A DNA stretch of 64,000 nucleotides from a virus (IMGVR_UViG_3300042898_004347:32001-96000); one strand, 5' to 3'. Numbered from the stretch's first letter, positions 9,734 through 19,843 are shown. Numbers and translations: made by a program. Notes: a model not told the origin generated them from the letters alone.

Positions 9734-10669
9734 TTAATCTTCCTTTGCAAGTTTTGCAAAGTAGCTGAGGGTATCATCCTCTTTTCCTTCGTCATCGTCA
9801 CTGCCTGCCTCAACAGGCTTAAATGATTCCCTCTGCGGTGCTGCTGCAGGAGTTGCGGCATACCGAGGAGCAGAAGCAGTGGTATCAAGCTCAACCGATT
9901 CAGCGGTTGAAAGAACTTGACCTTCTTCACCCAGGACTTCAAGAAGCTTACGCTTCAATTCATCATAGGACTTGTAATTCTTTGCATCAGTGAATTCCTT
10001 CAGCTGATTCAATTGATTATAGATCTGTTCAAGCTTTGCTTCATCACCGCCAAAGAGGGGTGAAATCGAAGCGAATTCGGATTTGTCATAGTTACGGTAA
10101 CCTTCGACATTACGAATCTTCAGTTTAAAATCCGCACCGGCCCAGAAGTCAAATGGATTGACTGGCTTTTCATCTTGGAAAGATGGCTGCATAAGATCCA
10201 GCATCTTGTCAAAGATTTTCTTACCGAATTTGTAAAGGAAAACCTTTCCATCATTTGCAGGATTGGCTGGATCGGAGATTACCAGAATGTTTGTGACATA
10301 GTGGAGACGGCGCTTACGTGAACGTACGAGATCTTGATCTTCCTGACGTCCAGTTGCCCAGAGTTTAGTATTCAGCTCGCCAACAGGATCAGGCTGGCCG
10401 ATCGAGGTGAGAGAATTTTCGATGTACCAACGACCGCTTGGGCCTTTGAAGCCATGGTCCCAATAACGGACCCATGGAAGTTCTTCACCTTTTGGGGTGG
10501 GAAGGAAACGAATAACGGCATAACCATTACCCGCCTTGTCTACGACTGGTGACCAGAAACGATCATCGTTATAGGATTTCTTCTCTTGGCTTCCTCCAAC
10601 TTTTTGGGCCTGGGCGGTAAGCTTAGTGATTTCGTTTGCACGATTCTTTTTGAGATCTGCGAATGACAT
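9734..10669 (-). CDS. gp32: Single-stranded DNA-binding protein gp32
   Basis: DDRFW..DKAGNGYAVIRFLP, WYIENSLTSIG, FDFWAGADFKLK, acidic tail ending LSYFAKLA. Confidence 0.97.
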   Translation of the reverse strand: MSFADLKKNRANEITKLTAQAQKVGGSQEKKSYNDDRFWSPVVDKAGNGYAVIRFLPTPKGEELPWVRYWDHGFKGPSGRWYIENSLTSIGQPDPVGELNTKLWATGRQEDQDLVRSRKRRLHYVTNILVISDPANPANDGKVFLYKFGKKIFDKMLDLMQPSFQDEKPVNPFDFWAGADFKLKIRNVEGYRNYDKSEFASISPLFGGDEAKLEQIYNQLNQLKEFTDAKNYKSYDELKRKLLEVLGEEGQVLSTAESVELDTTASAPRYAATPAAAPQRESFKPVEAGSDDDEGKEDDTLSYFAKLAKED

Positions 10670-10718
10670 AGTATTTTTAGTATTGAGGTTGTATGAGTAA
10701 CGTATATGATAGTATCAC

Positions 10719-11339
10719 TTATTCCCTATTTGTAAACCCTAAAAGCACGATTTCTCGCAACTTTTTTATGTCTACTTTCTGTTTGAGGAATGGCTTAAAC
10801 TTCAGAACTTTCTTGGAAAACTCGGGCCATAGAATGGTCTCTGTAATCTTTGAGCGTTTCATAAAGCCCACCATAATGTCTAGAACTACCAAGGTTTCAA
10901 GCTCAATAGTTTTGTCCATCACCAATGTGGCAATTCGTGGATGAGCACCATTCTCAGACTTAAATAAGTCATCGAATGAAAGCCCACTACCCTTACATTG
11001 CCCCACCAGTCTGTCTACTTGATCCGCAAAGAAATAACTCATCGATTCTATCCTTTTCAGATAGAACTTGTAGTTATCCTCTGCAGACTGTTCGACTAGA
11101 TTGCCCGCCCAGCACTTACTCGTATCCAAGGATGCGAAGTTTGCGACCAGGAAGTCAATCAAAATCTGTTTGTCAGGATACTTCTTGGCCAATTTAGCAA
11201 AGAAGTATTTGTCCTTACGTTGAAAGAACGACTTCTGAGTTGCAGAAGTCTTAAAACTGTATTTGATCGCGTCATAAGAATCGCTCTCAAAATGTAGTTT
11301 GATACTATTATATATCAGGTAGGCGTCCCAGGGCTGCAT
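10719..11339 (-). CDS. gp59: Helicase loader gp59
   Basis: AYLIYNSIKLHFESDSYDAIKY, RKDKYFFAKL, IELETLVVLD. Confidence 0.9.
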   Translation of the reverse strand: MQPWDAYLIYNSIKLHFESDSYDAIKYSFKTSATQKSFFQRKDKYFFAKLAKKYPDKQILIDFLVANFASLDTSKCWAGNLVEQSAEDNYKFYLKRIESMSYFFADQVDRLVGQCKGSGLSFDDLFKSENGAHPRIATLVMDKTIELETLVVLDIMVGFMKRSKITETILWPEFSKKVLKFKPFLKQKVDIKKLREIVLLGFTNRE

Positions 11340-11893
11340 TTTATTGGATTGCTTTCGACACTGTAACTTTTACTTGGGCTTTTCCACTTAAAATTTACTT
11401 CTGGGTTAATCCAGCTATTATCTGGCCAAACTGTTTTATTGTTAGGATAGGCCACCCATTGACCAGTATTTAAACTGATAATATGGTGATTTTTATGCTG
11501 ATCCGGTATTTCCGACCATCCATCTTTCGCCCAGTCAATTGTAAATATGTAATTGCCCCTACGAGTTATTTTATCTCTTCCATAACAATCAACGGGCATA
11601 TTTTTTAGAAAGTTAAACTGATGGACGGTACTGCATCTACTAAAACCATCCCACCATACGCATATATCCAGTGGTAATGGATCGCATGGTTTACTGCAGA
11701 TCATGTGCACTGGCACTCTGGCCCATTGTGCTCCATTTTCAAGCATGACCTGAAACACTGGTACGCCGTGCGGCTCTGCTCTAAATCCAAAAACAAAACC
11801 ACGGGTAAATTCACCATGACCTTCTTGCTCGTCAAAGAAGAATTGATTTCTTATAAAGCACGGAGTGTAAGGCGTGTCTAATAGAAAAGACAT
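11315..11893 (-). CDS. Conserved phage hypothetical protein
   Basis: 192 aa with overlap coupling to gp59; motifs ENGAQWARVP, YIFTIDW, QHKNHH, GQWVAYPNN. Confidence 0.7.
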   Translation of the reverse strand: MSFLLDTPYTPCFIRNQFFFDEQEGHGEFTRGFVFGFRAEPHGVPVFQVMLENGAQWARVPVHMICSKPCDPLPLDICVWWDGFSRCSTVHQFNFLKNMPVDCYGRDKITRRGNYIFTIDWAKDGWSEIPDQHKNHHIISLNTGQWVAYPNNKTVWPDNSWINPEVNFKWKSPSKSYSVESNPIKCSPGTPT

Positions 11894-11895
11894 TG

Positions 11896-12126
11896 TTAAA
11901 TAAAACTCGAAAGTGAATTGTTCTTTGGAAGTAGATTTGCAGACATTGCTTCTGCCTCAATCTTTGCTTTAATTGTGGGACCAATCAACTTGCCAATGTC
12001 TAATGGATCAATGAGGCGTTCGTTACAGATATGCAGGACAGCCTCCATATAGGTCATCTTCTCGGTGTGAACAAGGTTCTCCACAAGTTGTGTTACGATG
12101 GCTTTTGTCAGGATGTTGTCGAGCAT
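11896..12126 (-). CDS. gp33: Late transcription coactivator gp33
   Basis: VENLV...MTYMEAVLHIC...IKAKIEAEA..NLL; upstream of gp59. Confidence 0.88.
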   Translation of the reverse strand: MLDNILTKAIVTQLVENLVHTEKMTYMEAVLHICNERLIDPLDIGKLIGPTIKAKIEAEAMSANLLPKNNSLSSFI

Positions 12127-12133
12127 GGTAGTA

Positions 12134-12481
12134 TTAGCGGTGAAGTTCTACGCGCTGAATTCTGTAAGTCCGAACGTCTTCTGGAATATTCATATCTTTT
12201 GCCATTTGAGTCATCTCGGGAGTTGATTCCGACTGATGGTAATACATAATGCCATAGACAAAATGACTATTCTTATACTTATTAAAGTTTAAAAGTTTAT
12301 TTAACTGAGCCTCAAAGCTCATATCGGAATAGAACTTCGGCGTTGGATTTGCGTCACTCTTGACTTCAAGAGGATACAATTCGTTCAGTTTTGATAGCAC
12401 CGATTCTTTACTACCGACGATCACGGATGCCATTCGAGCAATGGCCATAACGTCGGGTGGTTGTGTTACTGGAGTATCCAT
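12134..12481 (-). CDS. Hypothetical protein
   Basis: 115 aa ORF tightly packed in the operon. Confidence 0.6.
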   Translation of the reverse strand: MDTPVTQPPDVMAIARMASVIVGSKESVLSKLNELYPLEVKSDANPTPKFYSDMSFEAQLNKLLNFNKYKNSHFVYGIMYYHQSESTPEMTQMAKDMNIPEDVRTYRIQRVELHR

Positions 12482-12484
12482 AGT

Positions 12485-13732
12485 TTATAGTATTCTGAGG
12501 AGCACAATGTCGCCATTGATACGCCCATTTGGTTTTGCAATCTTTGTGGTGAGTTGAGTCCACGCCTTTTCAAGTTGTTTCTCTGTGCTTCCTACAGCAA
12601 TAGGAATGAATTCATCGGGCTTACGGAGACGGATACAGCGGGAGGCTACCTCATCATAGTTCTGGATTGTAGTACCTTTGATGATAAAACCACCTGTCAC
12701 AGTGGCAACATAGTCAAACAATATCCGAGTCTTTACGTTAAAGGCGAGGAGCCGGTAGGCGCCGACAATCCGAATAGGATTGATTGAGGTAATCTTGAAT
12801 TCCTCGCTATGCTTAAGGTACTGGAGCTTTGCAATCTGCTTTGTGGCAGCCGTGGGTTTCTTCTCACGCGGCACCTTGGCAGCCTTGACGCTCGTTTTAA
12901 ACATTGTGAGATCATCAATCATTGTGGCCAGAGCATCAATGCGCATGAGCAGTTGCTTCTTCGTATAAAAACTATACGCTTCAGCAAGATACTCACTGGC
13001 GCCCGTGTGGGCATCAGTCATTTCATTCAGCAACTTCTTAAGATAGTCTTCCACAAAAGTGCATGCTGCAGCAGGAAGTTCATACTGCTGCATCGTCTTA
13101 TAGACTGGAATGACTCGTACTTCATTAGCAGAGTCGCACCATTCGTCCATAAGCACATCAAGATCCATAATCATGGTCCTTGTGCATTTGGCCTTGAGGC
13201 GATCCATCGGAGAAATACCAGCTGGCTTTTCAGCAATAATAGTTTCCACTGCATCTCGATGTTTCAGCTTTTTGCCTTCAAAGATTGAAGTGGCAATTGC
13301 TTCTTTCACAAAGATGTCGCAGGCAATCTGAGGTAATGCATCGCTCCGAAGTGACTTAAGGTAGTCATTGATTCCAGGATGAAATGTTGGCATTCCTTTA
13401 TTCATGCAGGTACAAAGAGTACCTGCCGTCATACCAGGAGAATAATCTGGAGCAGCTTTCACTGCAGAAATATCTTCCTTCGTGTAACCATTGTTGACCA
13501 TCCATTCTAGCACGGCTGGCTTGCTGTCCTTTGCGGTGGAGTAATAGTTGTAGAAATTAAAGGACCGAGAATACTCCTTCCAGAATTGTTCTACTGGCCA
13601 GGTCTCCCAACCATCCCAGATTGGCTCCTCACCTGTGTAGCGGGAGTCGACCGCAGCAATGCCATGGTTCGACTTTCGACCTTTCTTACGGTTCTTTGCC
13701 GCAGCAGATTTGAGTATGTGATCGACGGACAT
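12485..13732 (-). CDS. Conserved T4-like hypothetical protein
   Basis: Start moved to MSVDHILK; C-terminal IKGTTIQNYD...LRKPDEF...PNGRINGDIVLLR motif of aquatic T4-like phages. Confidence 0.75.
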   Translation of the reverse strand: MSVDHILKSAAAKNRKKGRKSNHGIAAVDSRYTGEEPIWDGWETWPVEQFWKEYSRSFNFYNYYSTAKDSKPAVLEWMVNNGYTKEDISAVKAAPDYSPGMTAGTLCTCMNKGMPTFHPGINDYLKSLRSDALPQIACDIFVKEAIATSIFEGKKLKHRDAVETIIAEKPAGISPMDRLKAKCTRTMIMDLDVLMDEWCDSANEVRVIPVYKTMQQYELPAAACTFVEDYLKKLLNEMTDAHTGASEYLAEAYSFYTKKQLLMRIDALATMIDDLTMFKTSVKAAKVPREKKPTAATKQIAKLQYLKHSEEFKITSINPIRIVGAYRLLAFNVKTRILFDYVATVTGGFIIKGTTIQNYDEVASRCIRLRKPDEFIPIAVGSTEKQLEKAWTQLTTKIAKPNGRINGDIVLLRIL

Positions 13733-13733
13733 A

Positions 13734-13997
13734 TTAGAGGGTCTCAATAGAGGTAACTGAATCCACTCGGAAAGAGCGCCAGCCCTCATTATCGACGTCG
13801 TACACGCGAACTGTGTCTTCCGACAGATTCAGATTCAGTTTCTTCTCACCCTTGGGCATAAGGTCACCAGGAATAATAGAAGCATCCAGAGTTCCACGAA
13901 GTGCCCGAGCCGTACCATCAACCTTAGTAAAGTTGATCAGTACCAGATTATTATTTTTCAGCGTATCCTTGATTTCAGCGTATGTGTATTTTTTCAT
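13734..13997 (-). CDS. WYL_2/DUF2693 SH3-like protein
   Basis: FTKVDGTARALRGTLD...VYDVDNEGWRSFRVDSV. Confidence 0.8.
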   Translation of the reverse strand: MKKYTYAEIKDTLKNNNLVLINFTKVDGTARALRGTLDASIIPGDLMPKGEKKLNLNLSEDTVRVYDVDNEGWRSFRVDSVTSIETL

Positions 13998-14040
13998 TAT
14001 GTAGATATATTAAAGTGAATTCAGTCAAATGTAAACAACA

Positions 14041-14165
14041 AAAGCATCGTTTCAAAGGAGCCTACTCAAAGAAGATTCTTTATAAGAGATAAACCACCAT
14101 GAGTGGTCGTAGTTGATCGATGATCTACTTCTGAGTGAAAGTAAGCTCTTTTGAAACGATGCTTT
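14041..14165. ncRNA. Candidate rod-like structured RNA
   Basis: AAAGCATCGTTTCAAA / TTTGAAACGATGCTTT perfect 16-bp arms, extendable to about 26 bp, with inner helices. Confidence 0.5.
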
Positions 14166-14178
14166 CAGAGGTTATTTA

Positions 14179-14616
14179 TTACTTTAGGTTTTTGTAGACC
14201 TTGGCCCAATAGGCTTCAAGGTTCTTTTGCTTGGTGTCGGACATTGGAGAAGCCACTCGGCGCCAAGAACCACCGCCACCGTTCCAGATGAAGCCGAGTT
14301 CTTTCTCAGTGGCTTTACGGTTCGTGGTTTTTTCAATGTGTTTCGAGTAAAAATTCAGAACCCCTTTGGCGACTTCACGAGATGTGATTTCGTCAAACAT
14401 GTCCGCATGCCTGTAATTCTTACCCGTGATGCGGTTGAAGTCCTGGACCATCACCGCGTGAATCTGAAGGATTCCAAGCGCCTTACCGCGGTCGCCGATG
14501 GCAGCAGCGTTACCGTTGCTTTCGGTACGAACCAGCGCTTCCACCAAGCGGTCAATATTTTGACCCGAAACGGTAGCGGTAAGGGCAAGAATTGCGACGA
14601 TATGTTTGACTTTCAT
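14179..14616 (-). CDS. Secreted lysozyme-like / transglycosylase protein
   Basis: Signal peptide; ALVRTESNGNAAAIGDRGKALGILQI, WNGG, YWAKV; start moved to 14616 because upstream codons are promoter sequence. Confidence 0.75.
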   Translation of the reverse strand: MKVKHIVAILALTATVSGQNIDRLVEALVRTESNGNAAAIGDRGKALGILQIHAVMVQDFNRITGKNYRHADMFDEITSREVAKGVLNFYSKHIEKTTNRKATEKELGFIWNGGGGSWRRVASPMSDTKQKNLEAYWAKVYKNLK

Positions 14617-14682
14617 TATGGTACAATCATACAACACCCAGCGCGAAAGTAAATCACAAAGAATTACCTAAGTTGTTGATAT
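14617..14682 (-). promoter_or_regulatory. Early sigma70-type promoter with upstream IHF-consensus box
   Basis: TATCAACAACTTAGG-N13-TTTACT-N16-TATGAT-N9-ATG. Confidence 0.75.
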
Positions 14683-14684
14683 CC

Positions 14685-14960
14685 TTACATCGTCCAATAA
14701 AGTTCGCCGGAAGGGTCGCAGGAATGAGGAGTATCCACTGGAATCTTGACGATAGTACCTGTCATTAGATTTTTGACTTCCTTGTAATCCGTATGAGTCA
14801 CATTCCGCTTAAGCATTTTCTGCTGGCGAGAAGAGAATTCCTTGTAACTGACGATCTGAGTGCTGCCTTTCGCATCGCCCTTTGCGACGATGATCGTGAT
14901 GGCAATACCGTTGTTCTTGACGATTGGAGAATAAACTCCCTTGTAGGTGATGGCTTTCAT
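14685..14960 (-). CDS. Hypothetical protein
   Basis: Start MKAITY behind an early promoter; C-terminal NLMTG..V.IPVDTPHSCDPSGELYWTM. Confidence 0.7.
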   Translation of the reverse strand: MKAITYKGVYSPIVKNNGIAITIIVAKGDAKGSTQIVSYKEFSSRQQKMLKRNVTHTDYKEVKNLMTGTIVKIPVDTPHSCDPSGELYWTM

Positions 14961-15031
14961 TATGATACAATCATACAACACCCAGACTAAAAGTAAAACA
15001 CTAAGAATGTCCTAAGTGATTGATTGACAAC
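14961..15031 (-). promoter_or_regulatory. Early promoter with IHF-consensus box (repeat family)
   Basis: AATCAATCACTTAGG-N13-TTTACT...TATGAT; near copy of 14617-14682. Confidence 0.75.
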
Positions 15032-15033
15032 GG

Positions 15034-17073
15034 TCACTTTGAAGTAGCTCTAAAAACTCCATCCCAGGATGGTCCAGGATCCGCTTTTTCTAGGTCAGCA
15101 ATGCGTTCCAGCATCATGTCGTAGTAATCATTGAGGAAATCCATGTGAGCTTTTAAATCAACTCCCAATTCTTTTGCTTTTTTCCAATTGCGCTCCCGAT
15201 AGTAAGTCATGAAACTGTCATGGGATTTGCTGTAGACGCGTGTGCCCTTTTCAAATACCGTGTAAATCTTCACACCTTCTTTCTTACCCTTTACCGCGAT
15301 GCAATCTAGTTCTAGCGTGGGATACACGTCCTTCACATATTCTCGCGTGATGGGACCAATTACAAATTTGACGCCGTAGGGCTTCGACTGACCTTCCAAG
15401 CGAGAGGCAAGATTCACCGAATCTCCGAGGCAGGTATAATCGAACCGTTGAGTCGAGCCCATATTACCCACAACAACGGTACCAGTATTCACGCCGAGAC
15501 CCATTCCGAATGCAGGAATACCTTCCTTCGTCACCTCATCGTTGAATGCTTTCAGACTTCCTAGCATTGTGAGACCCGTTTCAACCGCATGAAGAGCATG
15601 GTCCTTGTCGTCGAGTGGTGCGTTCCAGAAAGCCATCTGTGCATCACCAATGTACTTGTCCAGCGTTCCCTGACTATCCAGAATGGCCTGTGTCATTGCC
15701 GTCATATACCGATTCATAATCTTTGTGAGACCCTGAACGTCCTTGCCATAGTGTTCCGAGATTGCGGTGAAGCCACGAACATCTGTAAACATGATTGATA
15801 GCTCTCGAGACTCGCCTCCCAACTGTAAGAGGTCGGGATTCTTTTGCAGTTTCTCAACCATGGCTGGAGATAGGTACGTTCCGAACTGTTTCTTGATCTG
15901 CTGCTTGAGTTTAAACTCCATGACGAACCGCATGAAGAGAGAACCAGTCCATACAAGGGATGCGGTACCCACAACCCAGGTATAGTCGGCAAGGAGTCCT
16001 TTATCGAATAAATGAAAGCCGTAATACACTGGAAGGCATACGGCAATAAGATAGATGCCAAGATTTAAGGCGTAGCCCAAAAAGGAGATTGCTCCGATTA
16101 GAATAAGTGCTGCACCCACACCAATTGCAATCTCGTAAAGATCGAACTCTGCTGGGCGTTCAAGTCGGTTACCATCGAGCAACATCTGAAGTGTTTGGAG
16201 ACTGAGTTCGTGTCCGTACGCCGTACCCAATGGAGTCGCAACGGTATTTGCAAGCCCCTCGGCCGTAAGAGCGATCACTACAATCTTGTCCTTCACGTGC
16301 CATTCATCATCGGTGTATGGAACTGATTTAAAGGTATATTTAAAGTTGATCCAGACGCGACCATTGCCATCAGTCTTAATTGGCGGCGTACCAGGGACGC
16401 GAATGGCAGACACTCCCGATTCTGTTACCTTAACCTGAAAGCTGGGTTGGTTACCAAAGACACGGAGGATTTCCAGTGGCATTGTGGGATACTTTTCTTT
16501 TTCAATCTGAATCATGAGCGGTAATCTACGCACCACGCCATCAAGCTCTGGAGCCGTCAATAACATACCCACGCCCGTGGACGCCTCACCAATCTCTTTG
16601 AGTGGTCCGATTGCAGCTGGGTAATCAAATAGCCAGTCATCCGTCGTGCCGCCGATTGTTGCAACGCCTCTTGGAATTGGAACGCCTTTACCCTTTAATG
16701 ACGCCGATTGACCCGTAATTACAGGAGCCTGACTCAGCATCTCAATAAATTCCTTATCTCCGCCAAGACGGTCGGGTTCCGCGAAAATAATAGGTAGCAC
16801 AACACCGGTGGCGCCTGACTCCATGGCTTTTCTGATTGCGCCTGCCAGTTCGGTACGCTTCCATGGCCACTGTCCGTTCTTTTCCAGTGCCTTTTCATCA
16901 ATTTCCACGATCACAATGTTATCCGATACCACCTTGTCCTGCTTTCTCTGATAGTAATCCAGACCTTTGAGACGCATTACCTCGATTGGATACGGGTTTG
17001 CAATGCGGAGACCCACGGCAACTGTGAGAAGCATAAGACCAACAAGAAGGATTCTGAATGTGTGTTTGTTCAT
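15034..17073 (-). CDS. CHASE2-domain class III adenylate cyclase
   Basis: IVIVEIDE..L...GQWPWKR, DGVVRRLPL, three TM helices, FTDVRGFT, DKYIGDAQMAFW, DYTCLGDSVNLASRLE. Confidence 0.95.
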   Translation of the reverse strand: MNKHTFRILLVGLMLLTVAVGLRIANPYPIEVMRLKGLDYYQRKQDKVVSDNIVIVEIDEKALEKNGQWPWKRTELAGAIRKAMESGATGVVLPIIFAEPDRLGGDKEFIEMLSQAPVITGQSASLKGKGVPIPRGVATIGGTTDDWLFDYPAAIGPLKEIGEASTGVGMLLTAPELDGVVRRLPLMIQIEKEKYPTMPLEILRVFGNQPSFQVKVTESGVSAIRVPGTPPIKTDGNGRVWINFKYTFKSVPYTDDEWHVKDKIVVIALTAEGLANTVATPLGTAYGHELSLQTLQMLLDGNRLERPAEFDLYEIAIGVGAALILIGAISFLGYALNLGIYLIAVCLPVYYGFHLFDKGLLADYTWVVGTASLVWTGSLFMRFVMEFKLKQQIKKQFGTYLSPAMVEKLQKNPDLLQLGGESRELSIMFTDVRGFTAISEHYGKDVQGLTKIMNRYMTAMTQAILDSQGTLDKYIGDAQMAFWNAPLDDKDHALHAVETGLTMLGSLKAFNDEVTKEGIPAFGMGLGVNTGTVVVGNMGSTQRFDYTCLGDSVNLASRLEGQSKPYGVKFVIGPITREYVKDVYPTLELDCIAVKGKKEGVKIYTVFEKGTRVYSKSHDSFMTYYRERNWKKAKELGVDLKAHMDFLNDYYDMMLERIADLEKADPGPSWDGVFRATSK

Positions 17074-18224
17074 TTCTGAATGATGTTTACTTTAAGTTTG
17101 TCTCCGAAGTTGAGTGGATATACCGTAGTTCCATTCGAGTCGGTAATCTTAAACGTTGCGCTTGTGTCTGCTTTTAATTTATAGTGAATGACTCCTTTGG
17201 ATGTGGAAAGATTCATTATTGCGTTTGTGCCGTCCGTAGTAAATCCATTATTGACCGTTGACGTCACAATGAGCGATGGTAATGGACTTGCCGCTGTTGC
17301 AACCGTGACCTCTGGATTTTTAAAAATGACTTCTGCTACGGCCTGAAGTAGCTCGGGCTGCATTGCCTTTACATCGATGATGGCTGTTTTAGTTTCTTCC
17401 ACAGGCTTTTCTTCAGCCTTAACCTGAGTAGACGTACTAGGTTCAACCTGAGCAACCGCAGTAGCGGAATCACTCTTGCCGCTTGATTTTTTGTTTGGTT
17501 TATCATCGGCCGATTCGGATGTGTTTGCCTGTGTCTGCTTTTTGGCTTCCTTTACCGCACTTGTGACGGGTTTCGGAGTCTCAACAAGAATCAGGTTATT
17601 GATTTTGCTTTCATCTTGAAAGTTAAGTATGACGGGATTTGTAGGAGCGGACTGCATTGACGCAATAAAGGTCGCCTGATATGCCTGAGTCATAAGGACA
17701 CTTCCTGCTACATTTGACACCTCGATAACTCCCACGGTTCCAGGAGTTGCGCTATATTCGGGCCGCGAAGGAAGTAGAATGATGAGACTCTTACCATCCT
17801 CGGAGACGGTCATTGAAAAATCCGTACCACGAACAGAAATCTTTGCGGTAGGAGTTTGAACCTTAATGTTCTCTCTACTATTCTTTGCAATCATACCCGA
17901 TGCATAACGAACGGTACCGAATGCCGTCTTCATTGAGACCTTACCCTTACCGCTCGCAGGATCATACACGAATTCATCAATCTTGAGCTTCGAGAACTCA
18001 GTGATCTGCATTACTGTATGATCCTCGAATTCAATGGATACCCGAGCCTTTAAGGTCTCGATGGTATCATCCTGCTCTATCTCCGTGCCAACCTTACCTT
18101 CTAACTTATCCTTGCCACGAACAATCTGAGTGGGACCAGTAACCTCGGTCAGTTTCCCGACCGAGGCACTGGCTTCAGATATAAAAATAACCGCAAACAA
18201 AAACAGTGCTGCGGCTATGCGCAT
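17070..18224 (-). CDS. Exported FecR-domain protein
   Basis: Signal peptide; IEFEDHT..ITEFSKLKIDEFVYDP, VQTPTAKISVRGTDF. Confidence 0.88.
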   Translation of the reverse strand: MRIAAALFLFAVIFISEASASVGKLTEVTGPTQIVRGKDKLEGKVGTEIEQDDTIETLKARVSIEFEDHTVMQITEFSKLKIDEFVYDPASGKGKVSMKTAFGTVRYASGMIAKNSRENIKVQTPTAKISVRGTDFSMTVSEDGKSLIILLPSRPEYSATPGTVGVIEVSNVAGSVLMTQAYQATFIASMQSAPTNPVILNFQDESKINNLILVETPKPVTSAVKEAKKQTQANTSESADDKPNKKSSGKSDSATAVAQVEPSTSTQVKAEEKPVEETKTAIIDVKAMQPELLQAVAEVIFKNPEVTVATAASPLPSLIVTSTVNNGFTTDGTNAIMNLSTSKGVIHYKLKADTSATFKITDSNGTTVYPLNFGDKLKVNIIQK

Positions 18225-18227
18225 ACA

Positions 18228-19028
18228 TTAGGGAGTCGGAGGCGAAATCGTCGCTGTTGGATTTGCGGCGCCGTAGTTCGAGGATCCCGTAGTCATAATA
18301 GGAGCAGCAGCCGTTGTGGTCTGGATAATCTGAACGGTATTATTACTACCAGTTAAATTATAGACGAGCTTCTGCTGTTCTATTCCAGCTTGATAGACGG
18401 TGAGGTTATTCGTGCTACCCAGGATGGTAACATCTTGATAATGTCCGCCTTTCTGAGTTGATGCGCCAACGCTTCCGATCTGAGTTGATTTTACGATATT
18501 TGAACTACCGGTAATGTTATAATCAATCCAGTTGAATGAAGCATTTTCGAATCCGAATTTCATCGTGTTCGAGCTACCAACAACATCAATGGTGACATCG
18601 CTGTCCGCAATGGTCGCCTTTGACGTATCGACCTCGGAGGTATGATCCACGGTCACATCTTTATTCACGGTTATTGAATTCGTGCTTCCGACCAACGACA
18701 CGTTGAATGTGTTGTTGGCACCGTTCATGAAGTATTTCTGAGTGTTCGTATTACCCGTGGCAACAGCGAGCAAGCTCAGATTGTTGGCTCCGATAATAGA
18801 GAAGTCAGTACTGTTGCTATTTCCCATCTGACGCGTTTCAAAGGTAATGTTATCGCCAGTGATGTCGCTTGCAACTCCAGAGGAGCCGATTCGATTCAGG
18901 CTGCCGACCTGAATTAGGGTTGTGGAACCCGCGGTTGTGATTTGATTCACATATATCTGATTCTGGGCAAAGGCTGGAGTTAATAGCATAAGCCCAAGAA
19001 TGAATCCTAGTTTTAGTTTTGTTTTCAT
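18228..19028 (-). CDS. Curlin-like beta-repeat exported protein
   Basis: Signal peptide; N/S/T/G-rich repeats of Q-x-G-x-x-N and (I/V)-x-G-S-x-N type; next to csgG. Confidence 0.7.
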   Translation of the reverse strand: MKTKLKLGFILGLMLLTPAFAQNQIYVNQITTAGSTTLIQVGSLNRIGSSGVASDITGDNITFETRQMGNSNSTDFSIIGANNLSLLAVATGNTNTQKYFMNGANNTFNVSLVGSTNSITVNKDVTVDHTSEVDTSKATIADSDVTIDVVGSSNTMKFGFENASFNWIDYNITGSSNIVKSTQIGSVGASTQKGGHYQDVTILGSTNNLTVYQAGIEQQKLVYNLTGSNNTVQIIQTTTAAAPIMTTGSSNYGAANPTATISPPTP

Positions 19029-19840
19029 TTCTTTTTAGCGTTATTGTTGGTTGTGTCTTTGAATTGCCAAAGACCTGCTGTTTGCCCCTGTTTTACGATT
19101 TCGATGACTGCCTGATCAATAGCGCTCCGGACGGCAATGCCATTCGGTTCATTTGCAGTGAGACCAAGTTCTGACTCAATCGGGGTTGTTCCGTGATCAT
19201 AAAATTTAAATAGATTGCCCGAGAGGGCAATACTCGTAATTGTTTTAGTAACAGCTACGCTCAGAAGGACCTCTCCTGTTTGAACGCTTACAAGCCTCAG
19301 TGACACTGTTACTACGTCCTTACGATATTGAGTGCTGCTGGAGATGCCAAGAACACTGGCGCCCGCGCCTCCCGTAAGGATATTGCTATCATATCCGATA
19401 ATACCGCCCTGCGCAATAACGCCGGCAAATAACATCGGGGTGAGTTTCTCGGCGTCTTTACCGAGGAAAGTTTCTCTTGTCTGTGAAATAAGTTGGCGTT
19501 CCTTAATAATGTCGTCAAGGCTCGCACGTTCGAGTACCTGAAACCACGTGCCATTACTTGCAAGACGTAATGCATCAATGAGCCAGCTCTCTGCGCCCTG
19601 CGTGACGGCAGAAGAGAATGTGGCATACGCGTCTGCGGTCTTTCTCTGTCCCGTTTTATCCGCAAAACCATAGACTGCAATTGTCATCCGAGGACCATCA
19701 ATTGGAGGAAGTTCTAATAGCTGTTTCGCCATTGGAGACATTTGTACCTTCGGGGTCTCGAGGATGCCGGGCTTGGATGGAACCGAAGCACAACCCCCGA
19801 ACAACAAAGATAGTAAGAGTATGGAGAGGAATTTAACCAT
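19025..19840 (-). CDS. csgG: Curli secretion channel CsgG
   Basis: Lipobox FGGC; IAVYGFADKTGQRK, FSSAVTQGA, WFQVLER, GGIIGYDSN, QYRKDVVTVSLRLVSVQTGEVL. Confidence 0.95.
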   Translation of the reverse strand: MVKFLSILLLSLLFGGCASVPSKPGILETPKVQMSPMAKQLLELPPIDGPRMTIAVYGFADKTGQRKTADAYATFSSAVTQGAESWLIDALRLASNGTWFQVLERASLDDIIKERQLISQTRETFLGKDAEKLTPMLFAGVIAQGGIIGYDSNILTGGAGASVLGISSSTQYRKDVVTVSLRLVSVQTGEVLLSVAVTKTITSIALSGNLFKFYDHGTTPIESELGLTANEPNGIAVRSAIDQAVIEIVKQGQTAGLWQFKDTTNNNAKKK

Positions 19841-19843
19841 TGA

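Noticed and set aside
12809-13288. 159-aa plus-strand ORF
   Set aside because: Antisense shadow of the conserved minus-strand gene
14617-14981. Shared MLYDC(T/I)IM N-termini suggesting a protein repeat
   Set aside because: They are translations of the repeated promoter; real starts are the downstream ATGs
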